Assembly: GCA_037379345.1 (NCBI GenBank)
Contig: CM074519.1
Span: 34,684,103-34,748,102 of the forward strand
Reading direction: 5' to 3'
DNA length: 64,000 nt
Source of the DNA: Perna viridis
Taxonomy: Eukaryota
In this document: piece after piece, positions 25,991 to 39,138 of the stretch
Numbering within the stretch: position 1 is the stretch's first letter
How the letters are laid out: each line of letters starts with the position of its first letter
Made by a program: the position numbers and the translations under genes
The notes under the pieces: model-generated
What the model was told of the DNA's origin: nothing
The model's database searches: none
What the model saw: the letters and a program-made list of their open reading frames with translations, nothing else

Positions 25991-28859
25991 CTGAAATAAA
26001 GCAGACATTAAACTAGATTTTAGGAACATTAATCAGCAACAACAACAACAACAACAAAAATCAACAACACAATGAGAAAATTTTCTAACAGAAAAGAATC
26101 TAATTTAAAAACATTACCAACATAGTTCTTTTTGTAGTTTGTTTATTTCTAAGCATGGAGAGTACAGACACACACTTAAAGTCACAATGTATAGAACTAA
26201 ACTACAAAGAAAGAAAACAAAAAAACAATGTTTCTTGCAAGAAATTAAAGTATTTGTTTTTATTGGCACCCAGTGCAGTTTGCAAGGGCAACCATCTTCT
26301 AAAATAATAGTATTCTTGTGTTAGAGTGGTATACATCTGACTATGTATTTCTATCTTAATACAGTATTTCAAATATTCCAAATGTGATAGGACAGTGGTT
26401 AGACATTCTTGATTAAATAATGTTAGTCTTTGAGAAAGGGAGGAGAGTGTATGGACATTTTGAGACTTTATAACTGATATTTTATCAAGTGAACTTTTGA
26501 TTAAATTAATACGTACAAGGGGTAAAACAATTATACAAAACAAGAGAACAGGTACAAAATAACTCCCAATACATAAGGATATTCCAATGTGGACAACAGA
26601 TAATAAAACAAATTATAAACACATACATGTACAAATCAAAAAGGTGTTACATGTACATGACATACCCATATACATAAACAACCATTAAGATGACAAAGGT
26701 GCATGAGGAAAATGGTAGTTGTACAGGTTCATTTATAATTAAGAGGGTAATATCAATAAATAAATGACAAATTGAAAGGGAGGAAATAAACATAATGAAT
26801 CAATGATAACATAGACATGAACAGGGGGTTTGACATAGTTGTTTTACATAATCGTTAGTATATATAGGGAGATAGGGAACTTAGAAAAGAGGACTAAGAA
26901 GGAACTTATTAAAGAGAGAACTTTAGAGATTTAAGTTCAAGAGGGTTTGCCCTCAAGAAGGGAGTCTTCTGACTCTTTCTCTCTTCTTATTGTTTGTACG
27001 TTGCTGTTGTATTGTGATTGCTGAATAATAAAAGTACCAGTCACACATCTGCTTATTGATCACGGTCATGGAAGGTAGCAGGAGCAGATCTTCATACTGT
27101 TATACAAAGCACTTTTCACACAAAGCATATTACCAATACATGCACATTTACTTATATATAATATTTCATGAAAAGAAAGATAAGATCAACAACATTATTT
27201 GGATCAATAATTTCTCATTAAAGAGACGAGAAAATTCCTATTTTTAGCCGAGAGAGATTTCCTTTTCTCACCCTGGGATTGAGACAGAGCAATTCTTTAC
27301 TGTAAAAAATGGAACAATTGAATAAAAAGTCATAATCATATTTTACCAATATTGAATGTGTGTATGAGATTTATTTTAAAATAACAATTTTTTTATCGAG
27401 AAGAATTGATAATTTATTATTTCTTGCAGTTTGTTTATACTATCTTGCATTGAGACATATAGGTGTTAGATTCTAAATATCTCAAATGCCAAAAAGTTTG
27501 TCTTTATATGTGTCATATTGGCTGTTTGTGGGTGATGTTGTGGTCTGTCCAAGTGCACTGTATCTAACAGACAACATCACGTACAACAGCCTTTATATGT
27601 AATTTGGTGGATTTCATGACCACATTTTTGTAACAGGGCTTTTACCCTTAGTCAGATGTCTAAGTCTGCAATCACAAAATATGAGGTAAATACTCTCTTT
27701 ACAGAAAGTACACATTTGCAATTCTTTTAAATCTCATACTTATACAACAAAAAGTTTGTTGCTAAAATCCTGTGTACTGTACTGAAAATTTTGAAGCTTA
27801 AGAGTTTTTGTAATGGATTAACTCAAAAAAAAAATATGGTTCCAATCTACTATCTCCTGTTCAAGTAAAATATCCCATTCTTGTTGAAGTATGATGGGAT
27901 TTTCTGAAATATTTGTAATAAATAACTTACAAAATTATTAACTATGTTTCTTCTCACTTTTCAACATTTCTACAATATTTTTTTTTTATTTCATAAATTT
28001 TTGCCTTTCCCTGTACTGATTATTTCCTATGTTCTGGGATTGCAGAGATCATAATATTCAACAACATTTGTTGTATACTTGGGTTCCATTACTAAATAAA
28101 TTAAACTAAGGCTAAAAAAAATATATGCTAGGTTCTCCGACACTGTTGCATCCCTAAAAAACCTCCCGCATCTGAAATTTTTTTTAATGGTAAAATCCGA
28201 AAAAAATTTTATATCCGTTCTGGAAATTTTCATATCCAGTCAAGAATCGACTTTTAATTAGTTATGGAATCATCTGCATGCTTGACAGAAATTTAAAAGT
28301 ATGATGCGAATGAGGCTTTTATTTAACACTGATCATTAAAAATGTTTGTCTTGTGGCGGAGAGATGGCTTTTATTTTTTGCCACATCTCATATTTTAGTT
28401 AAGTCTTAATGCCATGGAGAACTTTCCTGTACGTTTACAGATTTGTTCAATTCGATGAAACATCTGGAAAAAAACTTGCTTCTGATAAAAAAAAAGTAAA
28501 CCTCCCTACCACATCAATTATTAAAAAAAATGGCCTGAGAACTTGGCATTTTTTTTTGTATGACCTGAGAATACCTTAAATAACATCCAAATAAAGGTAC
28601 AATACTTTCTAGTTCTAATAGATAAAAGCTATAAGTATGCATTCTAGCCTACCTCCTGCTTTTGAAGACATTTAAATTGGATTATCTCCACCTTCTGAAC
28701 ACTTGACAATTTATCTACAGTAATAGAAAACTAGAACACTATATGGAAAGATAGAAATGGTGACTCCAACATTCCCCAAAACTTCCTTTGCAGAGTATAC
28801 AAATATGTAATGCTGCTTTCCTTCTGGCTTAAGGCCCAAAACATCCCACTGAATCTTAC

Positions 28860-29044
28860 CTCCATTGGAGTAGGCCTCTACCATTTTAGGATTGAGGGCA
28901 CTATTTTTGGCTCTAACAGAGGAGTAATAGGTTTGGTTATGTTTCAGCGGAACATGAGAGCAAGCCTGATTATGATCTCTGGAGTATGTTGTGTGTTTGA
29001 CAATGTCATCAAGTCCTGGTCTGGTTCCTACTCCCCATCTATAT
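28860..29044 (-). CDS. Exon 26: EYRWGVGTRPGLDDIV...LKHNQTYYSSVRAKNSALNPKMVEAYSNG (FN3-like)
   Basis: gatttag| ... |gtaaga; completes the FN3-like repeat begun in exon 25. Confidence 0.9.
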
Positions 29045-29495
29045 CTAAATCAAAGTGAAATAATAAATAAATTCAGACTAGAAATATTGACAGCATGTTC
29101 ACAAAAATAATATAACTAGTTTATAAATGCAATAAATAAAATAGATAAAATTAGTATTATTGAATTTTTGATATTACAGGAGCTGAATTTTTATCCATAT
29201 TGAAATAGTTAGAATCTCTCTACTTTCTCTAACTGACAAAATCTTATAAATAAATGCACTCAATATGAAAGAATCTCATTGAGAATGCTCACAATACCCC
29301 ACACATCCACTTATGCAATCTGACCATGGAAATATCAACATCTCTGTTAAAAATCTGCCCTATCAAAGCTTTTTTTACTCAAGAATGGTCAGCATAGGAG
29401 ATTTATTATACTTCCGAAAGTTGTAGCATGAACAAAATTTTAAAGATTTCATGATGTAAAATAAAACTGAAATTATACATTTCCCATATTATTAA

Positions 29496-30251
29496 CCCTT
29501 GTCGTGCTACACCCAGACCTGTTTGGGATTGGACCTGGTTCAGCTTTATTGGTTTTGGCAGTGTTAATCTTAGTTTAGCAATTTGTGTCCATCTGCAAGC
29601 AGCATGACTGTGCTTTCAAATGAGGCTATCTGACATAGAGTTTGTTAAAAAATAATGACTTGAAAGCTGAAAGAAAAGGTCATGAGTTTCCTCTGTGGAA
29701 AAAAATTACTTTTTGGGGGTTAGGGTTCATTTCTTGGACCCTTGCCAGAGCAGAATTAATCTCCAGTACTCTATTTTGCCTAGAAACTAAATAAGAATGA
29801 TTTCTGTCACCACGATTTCTATGTCAACCCCTTGTATTGACTACTTCTGGTTTTAGGCCAAACAGAGGTCAAAAATAGGAAAAAGTCGTCATTTTTTCAT
29901 ACGAGTGATCCTTCAGGGACTCCTGACCCCCAGACTCATGACTGTAACCCACTTTAATTGGCTTCAGTAGCCTACACGTTGTACAGGCTGTAGGACGAAT
30001 GTGCTTTGGTTCCTGATTTTTTTCCATTGAATACCACATGTAGCAAAAAATGATCAGAAATGGACAAAAATGACCGTTTTCAATTGACTGACCCATTTTT
30101 CTGTGTTGGCCCAGCTGACCTCACCCCGTGATCACCCACCTTTAATTTATATATAATAATCAGCATCGGTACCATAGTGTAACTAATTTGCATAAGTTTG
30201 CAAAATTTTGAAATTTAGACTTATGCTTAGAAATGCTCAGCATGACAAGGG
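29496..30251. mobile_element. piggyBac-like non-autonomous element
   Basis: TTAA|CCCTTGTCGTGCT ... AGCATGACAAGGG|TTAA. Confidence 0.85.
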
Positions 30252-30674
30252 TTAAGAAAAGTTTTCCAAATATTTATAAACTGAATGTCAATCATTGCTA
30301 TTGACTTCTGAAGTAAAAAAAAGATAATCAACAGTTAAACAGAATCCATCTTTACACACATTTACAAATTTTATTCCAGGTCACCTTTTTCCAAATTTTT
30401 AAACCTGTCCTGAAAATAGTTATTATTCAAAAACTATTTTAACAGAGTATTTATCCTACACTATAATAATACTCAAATAAAACTATTAGAGATGGATCAT
30501 CCATGGCCTCCTATATATGTAGATGTCTTGATCCATGGATGTCTCAAATTGTTCTGTTTGAAGTGACATATTTTAGAAATGGCTTGGTGAATATAACATT
30601 ATCTCTTTTTGATAAATCATGATACCTACTGATATCAAAGTCTTTAATTTTATAACATTCTCAAATGTGCTTAC

Positions 30675-30852
30675 TCATTAATGCCAGACTCTGGATCATA
30701 AAACTTCTTCCACTGAGCACATATTTTAGTGTTATCAGATTGATATGTCAGATCTTCATCCATGATCTCTCCATCTAACACATGACCAGCCACCGGAGCG
30801 GTTATGTCTATCAGAATAGGGTTGTCACTGTGAGCAGTTGTAAACAAATCAA
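30675..30852 (-). CDS. Exon 25: VDLFTTAHSDNPILIDITAPVAGHVLDG...WKKFYDPESGIN (FN3-like)
   Basis: ORF 30671..30868; ttttag|, |gtaagc. Confidence 0.9.
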
Positions 30853-30899
30853 CTAAAATAGACACCATCTTTTGTTATAGCATCTGATTAATCTACAAC

Positions 30900-31231
30900 T
30901 TGCCTACTTAGAACCACCCCCCATCCCCACCACATCCCTGCGTATTGATGGATCCTTGCCTACTTAGAACCACCCCCATCCCCACCACATCCCTGCGTAT
31001 TGATGGATCCTTGCCTACTTAGAACCACTCCCATCCCCACCACATCCCTGCGAATTGATGGATCCTTGCCTACTTAGAACCACCCCCATCCCCACCACAT
31101 CCTTGCGTATTGATGGATCCTTGCCTACTTAGAACCACCCCCATCCCCACCACATCCCTGCGTATTGATGGATCCTTGCCTACTTAGAACCACCCCCCAT
31201 CCCCACCACATCCCTGCCTATTGATGGATCC
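30900..31231. repeat. About 55-bp C-rich minisatellite, 6 copies
   Basis: Unit TTGCCTACTTAGAACCACCCCCATCCCCACCACATCCCTGCGTATTGATGGATCC. Confidence 0.95.
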
Positions 31232-31459
31232 TAAGATGGAGTGTCGAGTACATGTATGTTTGTGTGTGTCTACTCCGGCTTTCCCGTCTACTCCAGCTTT
31301 CACGTATTTGATTGTTCTGTATTTAATACCAACTGATAAGTAACAGACTGCATTGACTGCTGTAGATATGTAGATATTAGTAAAAGGTTGTTACATTACC
31401 TGCATTAGAACAGACAAAAATCTTGCACTTGATAATTTTATCATTTGTGTAACATTTAC

Positions 31460-31999
31460 CTTCGTTGACTGATCTGAGTCTTATCCAAACTGGTTCTCCT
31501 GATGCTAGATTAAGATCATCAACAACAATGAATGATTTATTTTCCTTATATGGATATGTAGAATATCCCCTTACATCAACATCATGTTTTGTGAGACCAA
31601 GTCCAAAGTCTATGTTTTTGACCTTTGACCCTAAGTCAAAGGTATCAAAGTACAAGGCCATTAGGTCAAAATCTTCATCAAATACAATGTCATCATCACT
31701 TATACCACGGGTGAAGACGGGTGGTGTGGTATCCACGGTGATAGGTGTAGAGTGGCATACGGTTGTTACCATGGCACCACCATGGATAACATTGTTGATA
31801 GCTTGGACAGTGATGTAGTATTTTCCATCAGGTAGATGTAGATTCCTAACATAGCCTGTATTGGTCCAGAACTTAGGGCTGGATAGGTGAGCATGGGGAT
31901 CTGAGAAATCAGCAATATCTGTACCACATACACTAGTACCCACTGCCCAGGTGTAACCATAGATACCAGTCTCATTGTCCTTAAAACCATTCCAGTTGC
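31460..31999 (-). CDS. Exon 24: GNWNGFKDNETGIYGYTWAVGTSVCGTDI... FN3-like repeats
   Basis: ORF 31377..31943 extended to ttcaag|; |gtaaat. Confidence 0.9.
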
Positions 32000-32364
32000 C
32001 TTGAATGTATTTAAGTGAAATAAATGTAAGTTTTTTTATTTTTAGTTACTCAAATTTGTAGATTATATTTCACCTTCACATTCTTGAAATCATACAAAAT
32101 ATTTAGGAGGAATAAAAAAGCGATTGTGTGCATTCATTAGCACAATAAATGCCAGAAAAATAAAAAAAACAATGATTTTCAATATAGAAATATTAAAATT
32201 TTAGTGATATTCATTTTGATTGCAATATGATATTTGTAATAATATAAGAAGAAATACTGTAAGTGAAGTAAAAAAGTACCTAGAATCATTACTTTAGTGA
32301 TTTGAATCCATGGAAACATTTAACTAATTGTTTGGAGTTCAGGTCAATTTTTAAGCAATGTCTC

Positions 32365-33385
32365 ACTCACCTGACATGAAATTATTAGCCAGTGTATACA
32401 GCGTGTCTACCCTCCTGCATGTCCATTAAACACAATAGTACTGCCTGGTCCATCAATGACTCACCTGACATGAAATGATTAGCCAGTGTATACAGTGTGT
32501 CTACTCCTCCTGCATGTCCATTAAACACAGTAGGACTTCCAGGTCCATCAATGACTCACCCGACATGAAATGATTAGCCAGTGTATACAATGTGTCTACT
32601 CCTCCTGCATGTCCATTAAACACAGTAGGACTTCCAGGTTCATCAATGACTCACCTGACATGAAATGATTAGCCAGTGTATACAGTATGTCTACCCTCCA
32701 TTAAATACAGTTGTACTGCCTGGTACATCAATGACTCACCTGACATGAAATGATTAGCCAGTGTATACAGTGTGTCTACCCTCCTGTATGTCCATTTAAC
32801 ACAGTAGTACTGCCTGGTACATCAATGACTCACCTGACATGAAATGATTAGCCAGTGTATAAAGTGTGTCTACCCCTCCCGTATGTCCATTAAACACAAT
32901 AGTACTGCCTGGTCCATCAATGACTCACCTGACATGAAATGATTAGCCAGTGTATACAGTGTGTCTACTCCTCCTGCATGTCCATTAAACACAGTAGGAC
33001 TTCCAGGTCCATCAACGACTCACCCGACATGAAATGATTAGCCAGTGTATACAATGTGTCTACTCCTCCTGCATGTCCATTAAACACAGTAGGACTTCCA
33101 GGTTCATCAATGACTCACCTGACATGAAATGATTAGCCAGTGTATACAGTATGTCTACACTCCATTAAATACAGTTGTACTGCCTGGTACATCAATGACT
33201 CACCTGACATGAAATGATTAGCCAGTGTATACAGTGTGTCTACCCTCCTGTATGTCCATTTAACACAGTAGTACTGCCTGGTACATCAATGACTCACCTG
33301 ACATGAAATGATTAGCCAGTGTATAAAGTGTGTCTACCCCTCCCGTATGTCCATTAAACACAGTAGTACTGCCTGGTCCATCAAT
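32365..33385 (-). repeat. Tandem array of 11 units (85-95 bp) derived from exon 23 plus its donor site
   Basis: Unit ends CATTTCATGTC(A/G)G|gtgagt; exon-end positions 32371, 32465, 32560, 32655, 32740, 32834, 32929, 33024, 33119, 33204, 33298. Confidence 0.95.
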
Positions 33386-33392
33386 TATCCTC
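33298..33392 (-). CDS. Exon 23: (R)IIDGPGSTTVFNGHTGGVDTLYTLANHFMS
   Basis: ttttgtag|gag NAGNAG acceptor, |gtgagt donor; bridges phase 2 to phase 1. Confidence 0.85.
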
Positions 33393-33624
33393 CTACAAAA
33401 TATCGGTATAATAAAGTTATGTTATAACTGTAATAATAATGAGTAAAGCTCACAAAGAAATACCATACATCCCTTATCATAATGTTCTGCTAACTGAAAG
33501 GACTTGTCATTTTGAGTGAGTCTTGCTATTGACTTCTCACTAAATAGAGTGTTAATTTTAAATTGTTATGGTTGTTGTCTCAGGGAACGTTGTTGTTTCA
33601 AACATCTATGCTTTATTATAATAC

Positions 33625-34842
33625 CTGTGGTTAGGTAGGTTGGTAAGCTCTATACATCTTTGTGTAATGGCTGCCTTACATCCATCAAATCTGATCTCAT
33701 CCAATGAAGCCCTATTGATTGGTCCTGGTTCTGGAGGGGTGTGATCAGCAATAGTCCCGTTTGATGATACATAGCCTTTATATCCTAAAACATTCTCTAT
33801 TTCTGCGTTCAGAATGTAAACAGTTCCATGCTGAAGGTCAAGGTTATGTTCTACAAATGAACTATAACCTACTCCAAGACGTTCATAGTGCTTGTAAGTA
33901 CCGCTGATTCTTACATCACTATTTGGTCCTTCGATTGTTGAATGTAGGTCACAGGTCTCAGAATGGTGCTCATAGTCAAACGACACACACTTTGTCCCAA
34001 AATGAAGACATTTTGCAGCACATTTCTCAACATGATCTGTTTTACTTGTTGTAATTTTATCACCTGTCAATTTTCCTTCTTTTCCGATAGTAAAGGACTT
34101 CATCTGAACAGATGCAGTAGAGTCCGTCCTTTCAGAAGTTGTTTGAAGACGTAGTGTTTGCCATGGTACAATCTCAGCACCAAACTGTCCTACTGAGGTC
34201 CCAACTGCTTCTAAATGACTGTCTACTAGGTCAGAATCATCAAATACAACTATGTTACCACTTATTTTATGTGGATGACTGGTGTAAGGGTAGGATTCAT
34301 CAATTCTACCATCAGGAACAGTGTTGTCATATGTTCTCAATTTACATTGTGTTGTTGTTTCATCACCCTGACTTATCTTAGCCTTGATTATAAAATATAA
34401 TGGAATCCCATAATGTTCCTTGCCAAGCTTAAGAGGAGCAGTAAGGGAGGAACCAGTCATTCCAGTCCATGCTAAAACATTAGTTCCAGATTCATGAGTT
34501 CCAATGGCATAAGATAATTTAATATCACTGACATTAGATTTGGCAGAGACTTCCAATAGGAATGCTGTATCTGTGGGGTCACGACCTTCAATCTGTTTGA
34601 CCTCACATCCCCCAGTAGGACTTGATCGTTTATTTCGTGGACTTACAGATGTAGGTTTCATGTCTACTTTACCAGGGCCCCTCTTTTTATGTGGTAATGT
34701 ATAGAGATTAGTTTTATAAGTTGGTGTCTTGTACTTCCAAAGGCAGGCATCAAACACAGTAACTGTTACAAAGAGAAGCCTCACCCTGGCATGTGCTTTT
34801 AGTCTTAGCTCTAGTGGAATAATAACTAGGTCAAGCTTGAAC
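33625..34842 (-). CDS. Exon 22: beta-rich region, RNKR site, FN3-like segment and PAN/Apple domain
   Basis: ORF 33606..34784; PAN signature CAAKC...KCVSFDY.....TCDL; ttttcag|, |gtatta. Confidence 0.92.
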
Positions 34843-34846
34843 CTGA

Positions 34847-34876
<30 letters not shown>

Positions 34877-34877
<1 letters not shown>

Positions 34878-35385
34878 CGAGAAATACTTTGAGCAAGCCC
34901 CACTTAAAGTGATTAAAAAAATGTTATCTGTAAGTTCAATTATCTCCCTTTGGAGTCCTCTGACAGATACAATATTCCTTCATGCACATCTACATATGAT
35001 CCCAAACCCACAGGTGCATCTACAGTTTTAACATGAAAAACCCTTAAAATCCATTATCTCCCTTTACAACCCTGGGGTAGTAACTATATTTCTTCAAGCA
35101 CATCTACATATAATATCCAACCTTCTTGAGTGGTTTAAGAGAAGTTGCACTTACAAAGTTTTAACATGAAAAACCCTCATAATGGATTATTTCCCTTTGT
35201 TAACAGATCCGCAATTGTAACTGCGCATCTACATGTGATACCCACTCTTACTGTAAAAATTCATCAAAATCCTTTGGGTAGTTATGAAGGAGTTGCACTT
35301 AGAACAAATGTGGACAAACTGACAGAGAGATTACTGTAAACCCCTAAACATTATTAATTTGTTTGCAGGGGAAGTAAAAAAAAAT
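34877..35385 (+). mobile_element. HINE-like element (related copy at about 39855-40412)
   Basis: Shared attatctccctt...catgcacatctacatatgat core repeats and gacagac tract. Confidence 0.6.
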
Positions 35386-35439
35386 TCTATGAAATATTAT
35401 AACAGAATCTGTACAATGTAGATACAATAAAATCTGTAC

Positions 35440-36171
35440 TAGTGACAATTTCCTGTCGATAGCCACCTTTTTGATCCCTCCCAAGAAATATCTTGTGCAA
35501 TTTACCTCTATATAGTGACAACCTGTAAAAAATGACTACTGTTCCTCCACAAAGGCAAATCCCTGCATAGAACAATATTCTTTTTGATTGGACCAAACTA
35601 GAAGTTAACATTTTTCAATTTCATTCACAACGCGATTTCCTATGATACAGGAATTATGGTAGCCAATGAAGCAATTCTGGTATATGCTCTTTTTTTACAG
35701 TTAGTGAACAAGATTCCGATTACATGTAACCACCAACCAATCCAAAAATTGAGTTTTAATAATCTTCATTCATGAGTGAATATTAATTACATAATTGCTA
35801 CGGAAAATCTACTTTAAAAAATGGCTTCTCAGAAGAGAAAAGCATTGGATCTTAACCTAAAAGTGGAAACTATAAAACTTTTAGACAGTGGGAGGCATGC
35901 ATACACAGTTGCAGAATTACTTGACGTCAGGAAAATACAGATTCAGAATTTTTTAAAACAAAAACTTGAGATGTTAAACAACTATGAGAACAATACCCTG
36001 GGATCTCAGAAACAACAGAGGCAAAAAATGGGAAATAAAGACATTAATAACATTTGTTTAGAATGGTTCAAGGATCCCACAAAACAGAGAATCAATGACA
36101 CAGATCCAATGCTAAAGGAGAGAGCACTTGCTTTAAAATACAAAATGTGTAAAGGATGTGGGAAAATGTAA
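35440..36171 (+). mobile_element. Truncated Tigger/pogo-type DNA transposon; N-terminal CENP-B-like HTH domains only, no DDE domain
   Basis: ORF 35821..36171: KRKALDLNLKVETIKLLDSG...VAELLDV and INNICLEWF...QRI...PMLKERALAL, typical of the CENP-B N-terminal HTH plus HTH_Tnp_Tc5. Confidence 0.8.
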
Positions 36172-36319
36172 ATTATCCAACAACATATCAAAAATGAAAT
36201 ATATATAATGACACAACCTTTATTTTCAATACTCTGTATATAACAGAAACATGGCATGTGCACAAACTGACAAGTAGATTTTTACATAGCCCCAAAATAT
36301 GATTAAATTATTTACTTAC

Positions 36320-36477
36320 GTAATATCAATGGGGAACTTGGCAAATCCAAACTCAGCAGTGATAGGGAATCTGGTCTCCAAGAGATGGCCCTCTAATCTG
36401 ATTCCTCCATATGCGAAACCAATATCTACGTTTAATTCTCCCCAAACACTAGCTCCAATGTGTGGGGTTACCATGGC
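36320..36477 (-). CDS. Exon 21: AMVTPHIGASVWGELNVDIGFAYGGIRLEGHLLETRFPITAEFGFAKFPIDIT
   Basis: ttttgtag| ... |gtaagt; phase 0 to phase 2. Confidence 0.85.
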
Positions 36478-37206
36478 CTACAAAACCAACATTTACATAT
36501 AATTCTCCTCAAACACTAGCTCCAATGTGTGGGGTTTAACCAAGGCCTACAAAACCAAAATCTACATTAAATTCTCCCCAAACACTAGCTCCAATGTGTG
36601 GGGTTACCATGGCCTACAAACCAATTTCTACATAAAATTCTCCTCCAACACTAGCTCCAATCTGTGGGGTTTTTAAGGCTACAAAACTGATATTTACATG
36701 TTACTCTCCTCAAACAATAGCTCCAAAGTGTGGGGTTCCCAATGCCTACATACCAATACCTAAATATAATACTCCTCAAACACAGATCCATTGTGTGGGG
36801 TTATCAAGGTTACAAAACCAAATTCTCCCCAAACACTAGCTCCAATGTGTGGAGTTACACAGGCCTAAAAAACCAATATGTCCATATAAATCTACGAAAA
36901 CCTTAGCCCCAATGATTGCCTTTACTGTCACCCACAAAACTAATATCTACATATTATTCTCCCTAAACCATGGCATCAATGTGTGTTTAATGTGACCCAC
37001 AAACCAATATCTACGTTTAATTCTCTCTAAATGCCAGCTCCAATGTGTGGGGTTACCAAGGACTACAAAACTGATATCTACACTTAATTCTCCTAGAACA
37101 CTATTCCAAGGTGTGGGGTTTCTGTTACCCACAAAACCAATATCTCTATTTAATTCTTCCAGAACACTAGTACCAATGTATGGGGTTACTGTGGCCTACA
37201 AAACCA
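36415..37206 (-). repeat. Tandem array of about 11-12 diverged units (about 67 bp) derived from the exon 21 acceptor and 5' end
   Basis: Minus-strand unit GGTTTTGTAG|GCCATGGTAACCCCACACATTGGAGCTAGTGTTTGGGGAGAATT... Confidence 0.92.
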
Positions 37207-37525
37207 GGAGACTTAATTGAACCTACATCACATATCTCTATACCAAAACAAACATTTCCTCCAAGAAAAATGAAGCCATATAACATTTGATGCTGAGTGT
37301 GCTACTGGAACTACCACATCCTTTTTTTATTGCAATTATGAAATTCTATACCAAAATATAATTTAGAATTTTGCAACTGAAAATATATAACCTTTCCAAA
37401 AAACATAAAACCCTTTTTTTTTCATGTTTAAAATCAAATTCCAATAACACTGAACTGAGCAATTTGAGAAAAAATGAAACATTTAAAGAACATTACCTTA
37501 ATTAATTTCATTAACACATTATTAC

Positions 37526-37596
37526 CTTTGCCTCCATCCTCATTAAGCACATGTTAAATTCTAGATCAACTCCAAGCCTTGCATGAGCTCCAAAAG
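37526..37596 (-). CDS. Exon 20: SFGAHARLGVDLEFNMCLMRMEAK
   Basis: ttttttag| ... |gtaata; phase 1 to phase 0. Confidence 0.85.
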
Positions 37597-37853
37597 CTAA
37601 AAAAAAAGATATATATATGGGATGTATATTTATGAATAAGAATAATTGGAGTATCAAAAAAATTATATTCTTCAAAATAATTTTATTTAATGTTTTATAA
37701 TTCTGACACAAACAACTTTTTAGGATTCAGAAACAAGACTTAAAAGTCAATTTGTCATCAAGTCTTTAGAAGACTATGCATATATGGTAAAACTTGAAAT
37801 TCTTCATATTCAATTCTTAAAATTTGAAAAATAGACATGAATCTTGTTCTTAC

Positions 37854-38064
37854 ACAAGCGTAATGGTATTGGTCCCACCATAAATTTAAAGTGTATTCCA
37901 GGTTCATGCATACATATAAATGGCGGTACAAAATGGGGACATGGATTGATAATCTCAGAATCGAAGTTTCCAGGCGATATCACACCAGACTCAAAACAGA
38001 AATCTTCTTTGTCTGGAAACTCACTGCCACCAAAATCCTCCTTGGTGTCATTTTTCCACATCAG
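37854..38064 (-). CDS. Exon 19: LMWKNDTKEDFGGSEFPDKEDFCFESG...FKFMVGPIPLRL
   Basis: ORF 37810..38061; ttatag|, |gtaaga. Confidence 0.85.
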
Positions 38065-39051
38065 CTATAAAATGAAGTTTTCATAACTAGGTTACAGTGC
38101 AAGACATTTCACTTATAGATATTTTTTTTGTAATGATTTGATTAACATTTTGTGGCTTTCAAAATTAATGAGTTTTATTACAGCATGCAAGTTCAAACTG
38201 TCAATTTTACATTTATTGAATCTAAAATTCAGTTTTCAAAAACATTTTACATTGAGTTAATGGGGAAAAAATCTACACTTTTAACAGTGCTCGAGTCAAA
38301 TTGGCCATAAAATGTTCAGAGTAGGCACAAAAAACTAGGGTCGGGTGGGTAGCAGGAAACAGACATATAATTTTTTTGGCCTGAATTTTTTTTTGTGAAG
38401 ACAGAAAGATGTCTTGAGACATGAAGAAACAGAGACTATATGCCACAATATTACAGGTATTCAGAAAGCGATTAATTTGTTGTTTACTAAGAAATTGATG
38501 ATCAAGGTCCAGGTAAAACTTGAACCTATGACATGATCATGAAAAAGATAATGAATATACCAGTCAAACAACTGTAAAAAAATGTTAATTTTCAACACAC
38601 GGGACAAGATTTCATATATTTTCAGGTTCCTAAAAATGAAATCAAAAGACAGATCAGAAAACAAAATATGATGTCAAAACTGTAATTTCTAGACATTAAT
38701 TGCGTGAGTGAATGAAGAGGTTGTGCTGAAATTCCCTCTTTGAATTTTACATTATTCTTCCATTTCTTCCTAAGGGAATTTAAAAACAGATTACAATGAA
38801 CCCAATGCACTTCGTTAACAACAGAATCATTTTTTGAACACCTGTAAATTAAATGTTGTTGTTGTTGATTTTTAAACATTTGAAGATGCCCGATATTTCA
38901 TTTCTTCACTTACTGTATTGGCTAGGATAATCAATAGAGATATATTACATGATAATTACTCTATTGGCCTTGTTAATGTTCTTTTACTACAGCTAGCCTA
39001 AGCCTAGGCCTCAGACCAATTACTTGGTCTATACAGAAATCATTATGTACC

Positions 39052-39054
<3 letters not shown>

Positions 39055-39107
<53 letters not shown>

Positions 39108-39138
39108 GGTACATAATATATATATATATATATATATA
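39055..39138. repeat. Interrupted (TA)n microsatellite
   Basis: Seen directly. Confidence 0.95.

Noticed and set aside
35821-36171. Domesticated TIGD/CENP-B-like gene
   Set aside because: Truncated after the HTH domains, with degenerate motifs and an intronic location; best read as a transposon fossil
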